Positions 48,329 to 57,334 of a stretch of 64,000 nucleotides of DNA are shown in pieces. The notes below the pieces were generated by a model. The model had not been told where the DNA came from. It saw only the letters and a list, made by a program, of their open reading frames with translations, and ran no database searches. Source of the DNA: Candidatus Cloacimonadota bacterium (GTDB lineage: Bacteria; Cloacimonadota; Cloacimonadia; JGIOTU-2). The translations under genes were made by a program, and so were the position numbers. The stretch spans positions 4,512-68,511 of the forward strand of contig JAUWMT010000006.1 of NCBI GenBank assembly GCA_030613025.1, read 5' to 3'. The first letter of the stretch is position 1, and each line of letters starts with the position of its first letter.

Positions 48329-49176
48329 TTAGACTTTATTCGCAGTGAACGCAGAGAGCGTGAATCGAGAATTGCGCAATTAAATCATCCTCGCTTCATG
48401 CTTCGCCACGAAGCAAGTCTGTGCACGATCTTCTTCTTAAATCATCATTTGTTAATCTTTTTTTGATTTAAGAACACCGAACACCGATTTTAGATTTTAG
48501 AAGTGTCATATTTTTTCATCTTCTTAGATCTCAAATCGTTAATCGATATTCGACATTCAGCATAACCCGAGTCGTTCCCTTCACGACCGACTCGTGTAGT
48601 CTTAGTAATTGGAGACTTGAGACATATCGGAGAGCATGTTTTAAGTTGTAATATGTTACCAGAATTACTTATCACGAGCTCTGCGACTTGTGACAAGGTA
48701 ATTCTGTTAGACTTTATTCGCAGTGAACGCAGAGAGCGTGAATCGAGAATTGCGTCATATTCATCATCCTCGCTTCATGCTTCGCCACGAAGCAAGTCTG
48801 TGCATGATCTCCTTCTTAAATCATCATTCGATAATCTTTTTTTGATTTAAGAACACCGAACACCGATTTCAGATTTTAGAAGTGTCATATTTTTTCATCT
48901 TCTTAGATCTCAAATCGTTAATCGATATTCGACATTCAGCATAACCCGAGTCGTTCCCTTCACGACCGACTCGTGTAGTCTTAGTAATTGGAGACTTGAG
49001 ACATGTCGGAGAGCATGTTTTAAGTTGTAATATGTTACCAGAATTACTTATCACAAGCTCTGCGACTTGTGACAAGGTAATTCTGTAAGACTTGATTCGC
49101 AGTGAACGCAGAGAGCGTGAATCGAGAATTGCGCAATTAAATCATCCTCGCTTCATGCTTCGCCACGAAGCAAGTC
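48329..49176. repeat. tandem repeat, 378/379-bp unit, about 2.2 copies
   Basis: Units start at 48329, 48707 and 49086 (ttagac/taagac...). The last ~213 nt of the two full units differ at only 2 positions. The first ~165 nt, which carry REP-like hairpins such as gcttcgccacgaagc, differ at ~10 positions plus an indel. A solo fragment lies at 49801-49852. Confidence 0.9.
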
Positions 49177-49185
49177 ATGAAGTCT

Positions 49186-49219
49186 GTCATTCTCGCGAAT
49201 GCGGGAATCCAGTATTTTT
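49186..49219. repeat. REP-like hairpin of the gtcattc...ggaatccagtattt family
   Basis: gtcattctcgcgaatgcgggaatccagtattttt has the same termini as the copies at 43955 and 44293. Confidence 0.5.
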
Positions 49220-49428
49220 GTTATTGTATTCCCAAAGGGGCTTTGGGAACGAGGGGCGGTAGTGTGAAAAAGTTGACAGGGAAACAATATTACATTTTTT
49301 CGCAACGTAGTTTTTTAATTAATCAGTATGGAAGTATGTTATGAAGATTGGATATAAGGATGGGACGGGGCTGGTCCTGCTTTCAGTTTAATGTAAAATT
49401 TATTAAAAATTAGAAACGGAGAAACATT

Positions 49429-49773
49429 ATGAAAAAAAGTATCAAGTTCACTCTTTGGCTTGCTGGGATTTCCGGTATTTTATATTGGTGCTATTGGATT
49501 TATAAGGTAACGAAGGCGGAAAAAGAACTTACAAAAGCAGCTCCGAAATATATCGAAAATATTTTCGGTGAAAAACCCGCTTATTTCTGGAATATTGTTG
49601 TAACTTTCCCGAAGGTTATCAAAATATCACTAACCCTAAAAAAATGTTCTAAAATATTTTTGGAAAAGGAATCTGAAGTTGAATCGGTAATCTGTGATTA
49701 CATCAAAGAGTATTATCCCTTACTTCGAAAAGCAAAAGTGGAGATTAAATTTGAAGAAATGGAATCTGAATAA
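49429..49773 (+). CDS. small membrane protein, function unknown
   Basis: 114-aa ORF preceded by ggagaaacattATG, with an N-terminal TM segment (FTLWLAGISGILYWCYWIY). Confidence 0.5.
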   Translation: MKKSIKFTLWLAGISGILYWCYWIYKVTKAEKELTKAAPKYIENIFGEKPAYFWNIVVTFPKVIKISLTLKKCSKIFLEKESEVESVICDYIKEYYPLLRKAKVEIKFEEMESE

Positions 49774-49984
49774 TTCACCTTCATAAAAAAAAATTATTTG
49801 AGAATTGCGTACATCATCATCCTCGCTTCATACTTCGCCACGAAGCAAGTCTGATGACAAAATCATAAATCTACAAAAATTTGACATTTAGATTTTGGCA
49901 TTTCATTTGACATTAGTTATTTGGATTTAGAAATTTTAAAATAGTTGCCACACCCATTAAGGTCTTTATCTTATTAGTGTAAAT

Positions 49985-50950
49985 ATGAAAACACAAGATC
50001 TCTTTAGCAAAAAACTCTGGCTTGCTCCCCTTGCGGGCTATACAGATTATGTATATCGTAAGATTTGCAAGCAGTTTGGTGCAGATGTTTTGCTCTCCGA
50101 AATGATCAGCGCAGATGCACTAATACACAAGAATAAGAAAACCGAAGTCTTAGCTGAATTTGATGATGCAGACAGACCAATCGGCTTGCAGGTTTTCAGT
50201 AATACCGCCGATAAGATCGTAAAAGGAATTCAAATTCTTCAAAAATTCAATCCCGATTTCTTTGATATAAATATGGGCTGCCCCATCAAGAAAGTGGTAA
50301 AAAACTGTGCTGGTGCAGCTCTCTTAAAAACACCCAATGAAATTGCTGCAATCGTTCGTCAAACAAGGGAATTACTAAAAGATAATCTCTTCACAGTAAA
50401 GATCAGGATCGGGTGGGATTCCGATGAACATTTCGAGGAAATAGTAAAAATAATTGAAAATGAAGGTGCATCAGCAATCATCATTCATCCCCGTACCCGC
50501 AGCCAGTTATTTTCAGGAAAAAGCGAGTGGAACTATATTAAGAAAGCAAAAGAAATTGTAAAAATTCCCATAATCGGGAATGGAGATATTCTTACTTGTG
50601 AAGATGGCGTGAGGATGTTCCGGGAAACCGGTTGTGATTCCATAATGGTTGGCAGAGGATCGCTTGGGAATCCCTGGCTGTTCTCGCAGATCAATGATAA
50701 AATGAAAAATAAAGAAAGTTTGCAGGTCACAACGAAAGAGCGAATTAAAGTGATGAAAGAACACCTGATGGCAAGTGTGGATTTTTATGGAGAAACAACT
50801 GCGATCAAATTATTCAGAAAGTTCGTTCCTTTATACACAAAAGGTTTGCACGGCTCATCACATCTGCGTGATAAGATAAATCATCTCATAACAAAAAACG
50901 AGATTATTGACGTGATTAATTCATTTGAACAGAGTGTAATCAATGAATAA
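49985..50950 (+). CDS. dus: tRNA-dihydrouridine synthase
   Basis: LAPLAGYTD..YR.....GAD...SEMISA...QVF......DINMGCP..KV...GAGAALL...HPRTR motifs of the Dus family. Confidence 0.9.
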   Translation: MKTQDLFSKKLWLAPLAGYTDYVYRKICKQFGADVLLSEMISADALIHKNKKTEVLAEFDDADRPIGLQVFSNTADKIVKGIQILQKFNPDFFDINMGCPIKKVVKNCAGAALLKTPNEIAAIVRQTRELLKDNLFTVKIRIGWDSDEHFEEIVKIIENEGASAIIIHPRTRSQLFSGKSEWNYIKKAKEIVKIPIIGNGDILTCEDGVRMFRETGCDSIMVGRGSLGNPWLFSQINDKMKNKESLQVTTKERIKVMKEHLMASVDFYGETTAIKLFRKFVPLYTKGLHGSSHLRDKINHLITKNEIIDVINSFEQSVINE

Positions 50951-51821
50951 TCATATTAAAGCAAAGCTCCTCGAAGCAGAGCATCATATCGATAAAAACT
51001 GGCTTCTTGCAGAAGAGATCCTGCAAGGGATTATTGCTGAATATCCGGACATCTTAAAAGCGTATGAGATGCTGTATCTTATCTATATGAAGTATGCACT
51101 TTTCAAAAAAGCTGAGAAGATCATTGCAAAAGCTCTCAATGTTTTTCCAGACAGCAACCAGCTATATTTTCTTATGGGAAATGTGTATCTTACTCAAAAA
51201 GGGAAAGCCCACAAGGCGTTGGAATGGTACTCAAAGATACGTGTTGAAACTCCTGAAATGCTTTTTAATAAATCCGTTGCCCTTGTATATTTAAACCGAA
51301 GAAAAGAAGCTATCATCTTTTTCAAAGAGATCATGCCCTACTTCAATAATCTTGTTTCTACCTATACCTTTCTTGCAGAGCAGTATGTTGCACTCAAAGA
51401 GTATGACAACGCAATTTCTGTTTTGAAAAGTGCGGAGAAGAAATTTCCCGCAAACAAGGGACTAGCACATCTTATCGCCAAATGCTTTGATTATAAAAAA
51501 AATTGGATACAGGCATTTGTGTGTTATGATAAAGCAGCGCGGCTGGGTTGTGACAGTGCGGACTTTTTCAATGCTTTTGCAAATTGCTGCTACAATATGG
51601 GGGATATAGAAAAAGCAGTTGAAAACTACAAGGCAAGTATTCAAAAAAATATATTTTACATCAAATCCTATATCGATCTGAGCAAGATATACATTGCGGA
51701 AAGAGATTTTAACAACGCAAAGAAATATCTCAGCATTGCTCATAAGATCGATCCGCTGAATATTTATATCATCCTTGCTTCAGAACGATTGAGAAGGATT
51801 TTTAATAAGGATGAGAAATAA
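50943..51821 (+). CDS. TPR-repeat protein
   Basis: 292-aa ORF with repeated A..Y.KA....P....A...LG..Y helices. It overlaps the dus stop. Confidence 0.7.
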   Translation: MNNHIKAKLLEAEHHIDKNWLLAEEILQGIIAEYPDILKAYEMLYLIYMKYALFKKAEKIIAKALNVFPDSNQLYFLMGNVYLTQKGKAHKALEWYSKIRVETPEMLFNKSVALVYLNRRKEAIIFFKEIMPYFNNLVSTYTFLAEQYVALKEYDNAISVLKSAEKKFPANKGLAHLIAKCFDYKKNWIQAFVCYDKAARLGCDSADFFNAFANCCYNMGDIEKAVENYKASIQKNIFYIKSYIDLSKIYIAERDFNNAKKYLSIAHKIDPLNIYIILASERLRRIFNKDEK

Positions 51822-51823
51822 TA

Positions 51824-52717
51824 ATGAATAAGAAGATATGGATTTTTATTTTTGCACTTTCGCTCTCAGCTTTTATATGGTTTGAGATCAATATCATGAA
51901 GATTCAGAAGGTCGATATACAGATACCGATAACGATTTCAAGCGCCCCTTCTGCGCTTGTGCCCATCACTATCGAGCCGGAAACGATTGATATTACCGTA
52001 GAAGGCAAAGGACAGGGTATCATGGGGTACAATCTGAAGAAATTCGTCTATCATATAGACCTTAAGGACGTGCATTACGGAAGAAATTACCTGCCCATAG
52101 CTTATGAAAATCTTGATGGACTTGAGGAATTCAACCTCACTGTTGTGTACAAGCCCCCGATGAAAGATGTGCTCATAGTCATGGATAATATGAATACAAT
52201 GATCGTGCCTGTGGAACTTGCCTTTGCAGACGATGAGAGCAAGCAATATTTTGAAGAAAATGAACTTGATGTCAAACCCGAAGAGATTCAGATAACCGGT
52301 CCTCAATCCATGATCACTCAAATTGAAGGAATCATTACAATACCATATAACAAGGACATCCATGTTGACGATCCGCACTTGAGTGTTATCCAGCCACAAG
52401 ACCCAATGGTATCATATGATACTTATACACTGGATATCACAAAGATGGAGCCGAAGATCATTCAAAAAACCATCTCGCTTATTCCAATTGATACACCTGA
52501 TGGAATTGAGATTTTCCCATCATCGGTGAGTATAAAAGTATCAGGCGAGCAGGAAATTGTAAGTATTCTGGAAGAGAAGGATATTTTTACAAAAGTAGAA
52601 TTTCCCGATTCTTTCAAAGTTGATGATGAAATATCAATAAGCGTGGAATTACCAACCGGAATCGATCTTCTTGGACAAACTCCTACAAAAGTACGGATCA
52701 AGTCGATTCCTGAATAA
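51824..52717 (+). CDS. YbbR-like domain protein (membrane anchored)
   Basis: It has an N-terminal TM segment and repeated ~80-aa beta-rich modules of the form v.i.v....P.....v.i.P..i.itveG, as in YbbR/CdaR-type proteins. Weak, pattern-level call. Confidence 0.45.
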   Translation: MNKKIWIFIFALSLSAFIWFEINIMKIQKVDIQIPITISSAPSALVPITIEPETIDITVEGKGQGIMGYNLKKFVYHIDLKDVHYGRNYLPIAYENLDGLEEFNLTVVYKPPMKDVLIVMDNMNTMIVPVELAFADDESKQYFEENELDVKPEEIQITGPQSMITQIEGIITIPYNKDIHVDDPHLSVIQPQDPMVSYDTYTLDITKMEPKIIQKTISLIPIDTPDGIEIFPSSVSIKVSGEQEIVSILEEKDIFTKVEFPDSFKVDDEISISVELPTGIDLLGQTPTKVRIKSIPE

Positions 52718-52720
52718 TTC

Positions 52721-53737
52721 ATGAAGAAACCTCTCATTCTTGCGATAGAAACCTCCTGTGACGATACCTCCGCAGCACTAATCGATGGAAATTGTAATGT
52801 GCTCTCCAATGTGATTTCTTCTCAGGAAGAAGTGCATCTGAAGTATGGAGGAATTGTGCCGGAGCTTGCATCCCGTGAGCATATTCGTACACTGATCCCA
52901 ATCGTGGAAATGGCTCTTGAAAAAGCAGAAATGGGCTTGAAGAATATCGATGCTGTCTCAGTTTCTGCAAATCCCGGACTGATCGGTTCTTTGCTTGTCG
53001 GCGTGTCTTTTGCGAAAGGATTGGCTTTCAGTTTAAGGAAACCACTTATCGCAGTGAATCATATTTTCGGGCATGTGTTCGCTAATTTTTTGGAGAATAA
53101 AGATATTGAGTTCCCTTTTTTATCGCTCATTGTTTCCGGCGGGCATACAGAACTGGTGATCTTTTCTTCATCACTTGAATATACTATTCTTGGAAAAACC
53201 GTGGATGATGCAGCTGGTGAGGCATTTGATAAGATCGGAAAGCTGCTTGGTTTGCCCTACCCGGGTGGACCTCATATTGATTCCCTTGCTGTAGGTGGAA
53301 ACAAGCTTGCTATTGAATTCCCGCTTCCAATGCTCAAGCATAATAATTTTGATTTCAGTTTCAGCGGATTGAAAACTGCCGGCATGCTCTATCTCAAAAA
53401 AAAAGGGATACTCGATGAAGCTCAAACTCATGATTTTGCTGCGAGTTTCCAGCATGCGATCGTTGAAGTGCTCTTCCTGAAAACGATCAAAGCGCTGAAA
53501 GAACACTCATTGAAAACACTTTTACTTGCAGGTGGGGTTGCTGCGAATTCCGAGTTGAGAAGCGTGTTTGCAAACTATTGCAAAGAACACGACATCAAAC
53601 TTTATTATCCTTCAGAAAAGTACTGCACAGATAATGCAGCGATGATCGGGGCAGCTGCTCAATTCAAATATAGAAATAAAAAATTCGCATCCCTCGAACT
53701 GAATGCATCTTCTGTGAAGGGCATGAAACTGCTATGA
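52721..53737 (+). CDS. tsaD: tRNA N6-adenosine threonylcarbamoyltransferase TsaD
   Basis: ILAIETSCDDTSAALI...GGIVPELASREH...VSANPGLIGSLLVG...VNHIFGH...VSGGHTEL...GEAFDKIGKLLGLPYPGGP. Confidence 0.95.
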   Translation: MKKPLILAIETSCDDTSAALIDGNCNVLSNVISSQEEVHLKYGGIVPELASREHIRTLIPIVEMALEKAEMGLKNIDAVSVSANPGLIGSLLVGVSFAKGLAFSLRKPLIAVNHIFGHVFANFLENKDIEFPFLSLIVSGGHTELVIFSSSLEYTILGKTVDDAAGEAFDKIGKLLGLPYPGGPHIDSLAVGGNKLAIEFPLPMLKHNNFDFSFSGLKTAGMLYLKKKGILDEAQTHDFAASFQHAIVEVLFLKTIKALKEHSLKTLLLAGGVAANSELRSVFANYCKEHDIKLYYPSEKYCTDNAAMIGAAAQFKYRNKKFASLELNASSVKGMKLL

Positions 53738-54858
53738 TCTTTTTCTATATTCTGTATGGGCTGACTGCACTGTACAGTTTGTTCCTCTTATTTCTCATTG
53801 TGGGAACTTTCAGGGTCAACAGAAGTATTTCTTCAGTGAAGAAAAATCATAACATTTCAGTTATTGTTGCTGCCCGGAATGAGGATAAGCATTTATCTGC
53901 ATTACTGAACGATCTGCTGAAGCAGGAATATCCTCAAGACAAATTTGAAATCATAATTACGAATGACCGCTCGACAGATAAAACCGATTATATCCTTAAT
54001 AATTTTTCCCGAAAATATCCTCAGATAAAATATATTTCTATTCAAGACGAATTAACTGAACTGATCGGGAAGAAGCGTGCACTTACTGAAGGGATCAAGC
54101 ATGCACAAGGTGAAGTCCTGCTCTTCACAGATGCGGATTGCAGGCCCGGGAAATTCTGGCTGCGTTCCATGAATAGGGTGTTTTCACGGGGATTTGATGT
54201 TGTGGTTGGCTACTCTCCTCTCAAATGTCAGAGCAAAGGTTTTGGCAAAAGGATCATCTGCATACTGAAAAAACTTGAGCGGCTTGCAATATTTACATTA
54301 TCTGCCGGCAGCATTGGTTGGAATTGGGGAATTACCGCAACAGGCAGGAATTTTGCCTACAAAAAGAAGGTGTTCGAATCTATCAACGGATTTGAAGGAA
54401 TTGGACATATCCCGTCCGGCGACGACGATCTCTTTCTTCAAAAGATCAGCAAAAGCCATTCTTACAAAATCGGATTTGCTACTCATCCGGACAGTTATGT
54501 TCCTTCAATTGAGGAGAAATCTCATTCCCAGACATTTCAGCAGGAAAAGCGGCGCGGTTCGAAATGGCAATACTACCCGGTGCTCATAAAAAGTGTCTCT
54601 CTCCTTGCCTTCATTTTTCTTTTATTATTATTGATAACTTTCGTCCTTGCATTAGCAGGGGTCGTGACATGGAGATCCTTCCTTATTGTATTTCTCGTAA
54701 AAAGCTTACTCGACTTCCTCATTCTTCTGCGTGGTGCAACTATCTTCAGAGAATATATTTCATTGCTTGTCTTTCCATTTGTGGAAGTGCTGTATGCTCC
54801 CTATTTTATCATTTTTGGATTGCTGGGCACGTTAAGTAAATATAAATGGAAAATGTAA
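53734..54858 (+). CDS. family 2 glycosyltransferase, membrane-bound
   Basis: ISVIVAARNEDKHLSALLNDLLKQEYP..FEIIITNDRSTDKT, then FTDADC (DxD-type), then C-terminal TM helices. Confidence 0.85.
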   Translation: MIFFYILYGLTALYSLFLLFLIVGTFRVNRSISSVKKNHNISVIVAARNEDKHLSALLNDLLKQEYPQDKFEIIITNDRSTDKTDYILNNFSRKYPQIKYISIQDELTELIGKKRALTEGIKHAQGEVLLFTDADCRPGKFWLRSMNRVFSRGFDVVVGYSPLKCQSKGFGKRIICILKKLERLAIFTLSAGSIGWNWGITATGRNFAYKKKVFESINGFEGIGHIPSGDDDLFLQKISKSHSYKIGFATHPDSYVPSIEEKSHSQTFQQEKRRGSKWQYYPVLIKSVSLLAFIFLLLLLITFVLALAGVVTWRSFLIVFLVKSLLDFLILLRGATIFREYISLLVFPFVEVLYAPYFIIFGLLGTLSKYKWKM

Positions 54859-54911
54859 AATTATTCGATTGGCTGGATCACCAGTTTACCAGTTTACTAA
54901 TTCACCAATGA

Positions 54912-54988
54912 CCAGCTCTTTTTCATTGACAATGAATTAAGTAAATTATTTATAGAGCCATCGGCTGAGGATAAAAAATGGAAAATTT
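54912..54988. repeat. island junction repeat a (promoter-like: TTGACA-N17-TTTATA / N19-TATAGA)
   Basis: ccagctctttttcattgacaatgaattaagtaaattatttatagagccatcggctgaggataaaaaatggaaaattt closely matches 57115-57190. Its left part (actaattcaccaatgaccagctctttttcattgaca, from 54896) matches 61898-61933. Confidence 0.8.
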
Positions 54989-55104
54989 GATATGTATTTA
55001 AAAAAAGACAGAGGTTTAAAATAAAGATGATTTATTTTTATAACCCCACAAAAAAAACGAAAAATAAGCTACAATAAGTAACTAAACATAAATAAAGAGA
55101 ATTT

Positions 55105-55947
55105 ATGAACGATATTGGAAAATATGAAATAAATAAGGTTTATTGTGGTGATTGCGTTGAAATGATGAAATTAATACCTGAATCAACTATAGATTTAGTA
55201 GTTACTTCACCACCATACGATAAAATTCGATTTTATAAGGGAAATTTAGAGTTTGACCTTCATAAAACGGGTCAAGAAGTATTTAGAGTTTTAAAAAAAG
55301 GTGGTATAGCAGTAATGGTTATTCAAGATCAAACAAAAAATTTTGGAAAATCATTAACTTCGTTCAAAACAATAATTGATTGGTGTGACAATATTGGCTT
55401 CAAATTATTTGAAACAGTAATTTATCGAAAACATGGATCAGAAGGAGCGTGGTGGACAAAGAGATTTCGAGTTGATCATGAATATATGCCGATATTTTTA
55501 AAGGGATATAAACCAAATTATTTTAATAAAGAACCATTAAAAATTCCTTCAAAGCATGGGGGTAAAGTAATGACGGGTAGTGGGTCGAGAAAAACTAATG
55601 GAGAAACGCAACACACCGTCACAAGACAAATAAATTTTAAAAAATGTAGAGGTACAATATGGGAATATTTAATGGCTGGTGATAAAAATCCATTAAAGAG
55701 AAAACATCCAGCAGTTTTTCCAGACAAGATACCGTATGATTTTATACAGTGTTTTTGTCCTGAAGAAGGTATCGTATTAGATCCATTTGCTGGAAGTGGA
55801 TCAACTCTAGTAATGGCAAAAAAACTAAGACGTAATTTTATTGGGTTTGATGTTGTCCCAGAATATTGTGAATTAGCAAGAGAACGCTTGAAAAAAGAAA
55901 CTAATGAAGATCAAACAAACATCTTTTCAAATATAATAAAAAAGTAA
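55105..55947 (+). CDS. DNA methyltransferase, beta class (N4-cytosine or N6-adenine; SPPY suggests m4C)
   Basis: Motif IV is DLVVTSPPYD (residues 30-39), near the N-terminus. It also has HPAVFP, and motif I is LDPFAGSGST near the C-terminus. This is the circular permutation of the N-4/N-6 MTase family. Confidence 0.9.
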   Translation: MNDIGKYEINKVYCGDCVEMMKLIPESTIDLVVTSPPYDKIRFYKGNLEFDLHKTGQEVFRVLKKGGIAVMVIQDQTKNFGKSLTSFKTIIDWCDNIGFKLFETVIYRKHGSEGAWWTKRFRVDHEYMPIFLKGYKPNYFNKEPLKIPSKHGGKVMTGSGSRKTNGETQHTVTRQINFKKCRGTIWEYLMAGDKNPLKRKHPAVFPDKIPYDFIQCFCPEEGIVLDPFAGSGSTLVMAKKLRRNFIGFDVVPEYCELARERLKKETNEDQTNIFSNIIKK

Positions 55948-55957
55948 AGGCGATTGT

Positions 55958-56587
55958 ATGGCTATTCAAGATTTATTAAAAGATAAGACTGATCAAATTG
56001 ATTATGATTCTATTTGTAAAAAGTATAGTTGGATTTTGGAAGAGAATCACTGTTGCGTTTTAAGTCCTGATAGTGACGGATTTCTTTGTGGCTTATTTAT
56101 GTCAATGATCCTTAAATGGAAAATTGTGGGTTTTTATGACGGAAAAGTATCGGTGGTGAAAAAGAAGTATCTAAATAAAAATCCAATATTTTTAGATATT
56201 GAAATATTCAGAAAAGAAATCCGTAGTATGGGACACCACATGTTATTAGTTAATAAAAGACATGTACCAGAAGAATGGAAAAATTTTGATAACTGTATTC
56301 AACCAAATAATCTACGAAACTACGATGGAAGGAATAATTTTAGATTAAAATACCCCTTGGCAACAATTCATATGCTAATAAGTATTGTTACTTATAAATG
56401 CAAAGAAATTAAAATTCCTGAATCTGCAATTCCTCCATTGTTTTTTACAGATGGTGTATTTAATATTTTATTCCGTTATCCAGAAAATGTGTTAAATTGG
56501 TTAAATTATTTAAGAATCAATGAAAGCTGGAATCCTCTGAAAACCATTTTTGAAAATGATAAATATAGTGTTTTTACTTTACTTTAA
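55958..56587 (+). CDS. unknown protein, candidate restriction/effector partner of the methyltransferase (part 1)
   Basis: 209-aa ORF starting 11 nt after the MTase stop. I recognise no family. It contains acidic/His clusters (SPDSDG, FLDIEIF, MGHHML). Confidence 0.5.
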   Translation: MAIQDLLKDKTDQIDYDSICKKYSWILEENHCCVLSPDSDGFLCGLFMSMILKWKIVGFYDGKVSVVKKKYLNKNPIFLDIEIFRKEIRSMGHHMLLVNKRHVPEEWKNFDNCIQPNNLRNYDGRNNFRLKYPLATIHMLISIVTYKCKEIKIPESAIPPLFFTDGVFNILFRYPENVLNWLNYLRINESWNPLKTIFENDKYSVFTLL

Positions 56588-56988
56588 TGAAAGAAATGGA
56601 CAGTTTTTTTCGTAGAAGGGACGCTATAAGTATTAGTAAAGAGCGTGGTGATAGATTAAGGATTTCAAATAAAGATGGTACACCTACAAATATTGAAAAC
56701 ATCCCAAGTGGAAATTGTATTATTAATTCAGAAGCAAAAAAAAGAATTGTTGATTTTATGAAAATTCTATCAGATTTAACAGAATGGGAATATGAAGAGA
56801 ACGACTGGTTGTGTTGGGAAGATATGAAATTCTTCCAATTTAAAAAAGGTGATTTCAAAGGTGATAGAAAAACGATTACAATTCAAACTTTTAAAGAATT
56901 TATTGAAAAAAAACCACTATCATGGGCGATGACAAGTGGTGATAATATTGAATATACATTAGAGGAGCCGGATAAACTTCTAAAATAA
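56587..56988 (+). CDS. unknown protein, candidate restriction/effector partner (part 2)
   Basis: 133-aa ORF whose ATG overlaps the upstream stop (TAATG). This indicates translational coupling or a frameshifted single gene. No motif recognised. Confidence 0.5.
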   Translation: MKEMDSFFRRRDAISISKERGDRLRISNKDGTPTNIENIPSGNCIINSEAKKRIVDFMKILSDLTEWEYEENDWLCWEDMKFFQFKKGDFKGDRKTITIQTFKEFIEKKPLSWAMTSGDNIEYTLEEPDKLLK

Positions 56989-57114
56989 TCTTCATCAAAT
57001 GGATAGTAAATAAGAATGATAGGTTTAATTTCAGACTGAGCACACCTTTCTCCTTATCCGAATACAGCATGCTTATTTCTATACTCGACTCGAGTGAGAA
57101 CGGTTTTGGAATAG

Positions 57115-57190
57115 CCAGCTTATTTTATTGACAATGGATTAAGTAAATTATTTATAGAGCCATTGACTGAAGGATAAAAATGGAAATATT
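57115..57190. repeat. island junction repeat b
   Basis: ccagcttattttattgacaatggattaagtaaattatttatagagccattgactgaaggataaaaatggaaatatt is a direct repeat of 54912-54988, 2.2 kb away. Confidence 0.8.
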
Positions 57191-57334
57191 TATTTGCGAA
57201 ATACGCGCAATATTGCGTGAAACCTACCGAATTTGGAGGTATTCATGCAATAAATTGCAGGGATATAAACGTTAGGCGAAATGCAATAGCATTATGTTAT
57301 CAGACAATATTCGACAAATTATAGGTGTATAAAT

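Noticed and set aside
48171-48330. preQ1 riboswitch upstream of queC
   Set aside because: The leader (…cctgggaacattagaacacttggtacatcATG) lacks the P1 hairpin plus the A-rich CUA-containing tail of preQ1-I, and it lacks preQ1-II/III features.
48490-49075. Two near-identical 68-aa minus-strand ORFs (48490..48696, 48869..49075), and the 77-aa plus-strand ORF 48617..48850, as protein-coding genes or type I toxin-antitoxin loci
   Set aside because: They simply reflect the 379-bp tandem repeat. The peptides have no hydrophobic toxin-like segment, no convincing SD and odd composition. Conservation is better explained at the DNA or RNA level.
48329-49176. CRISPR array
   Set aside because: The period is 378-379 bp with whole-unit similarity. 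There is no alternation of short repeats with unique spacers, and no cas genes occur in the window.
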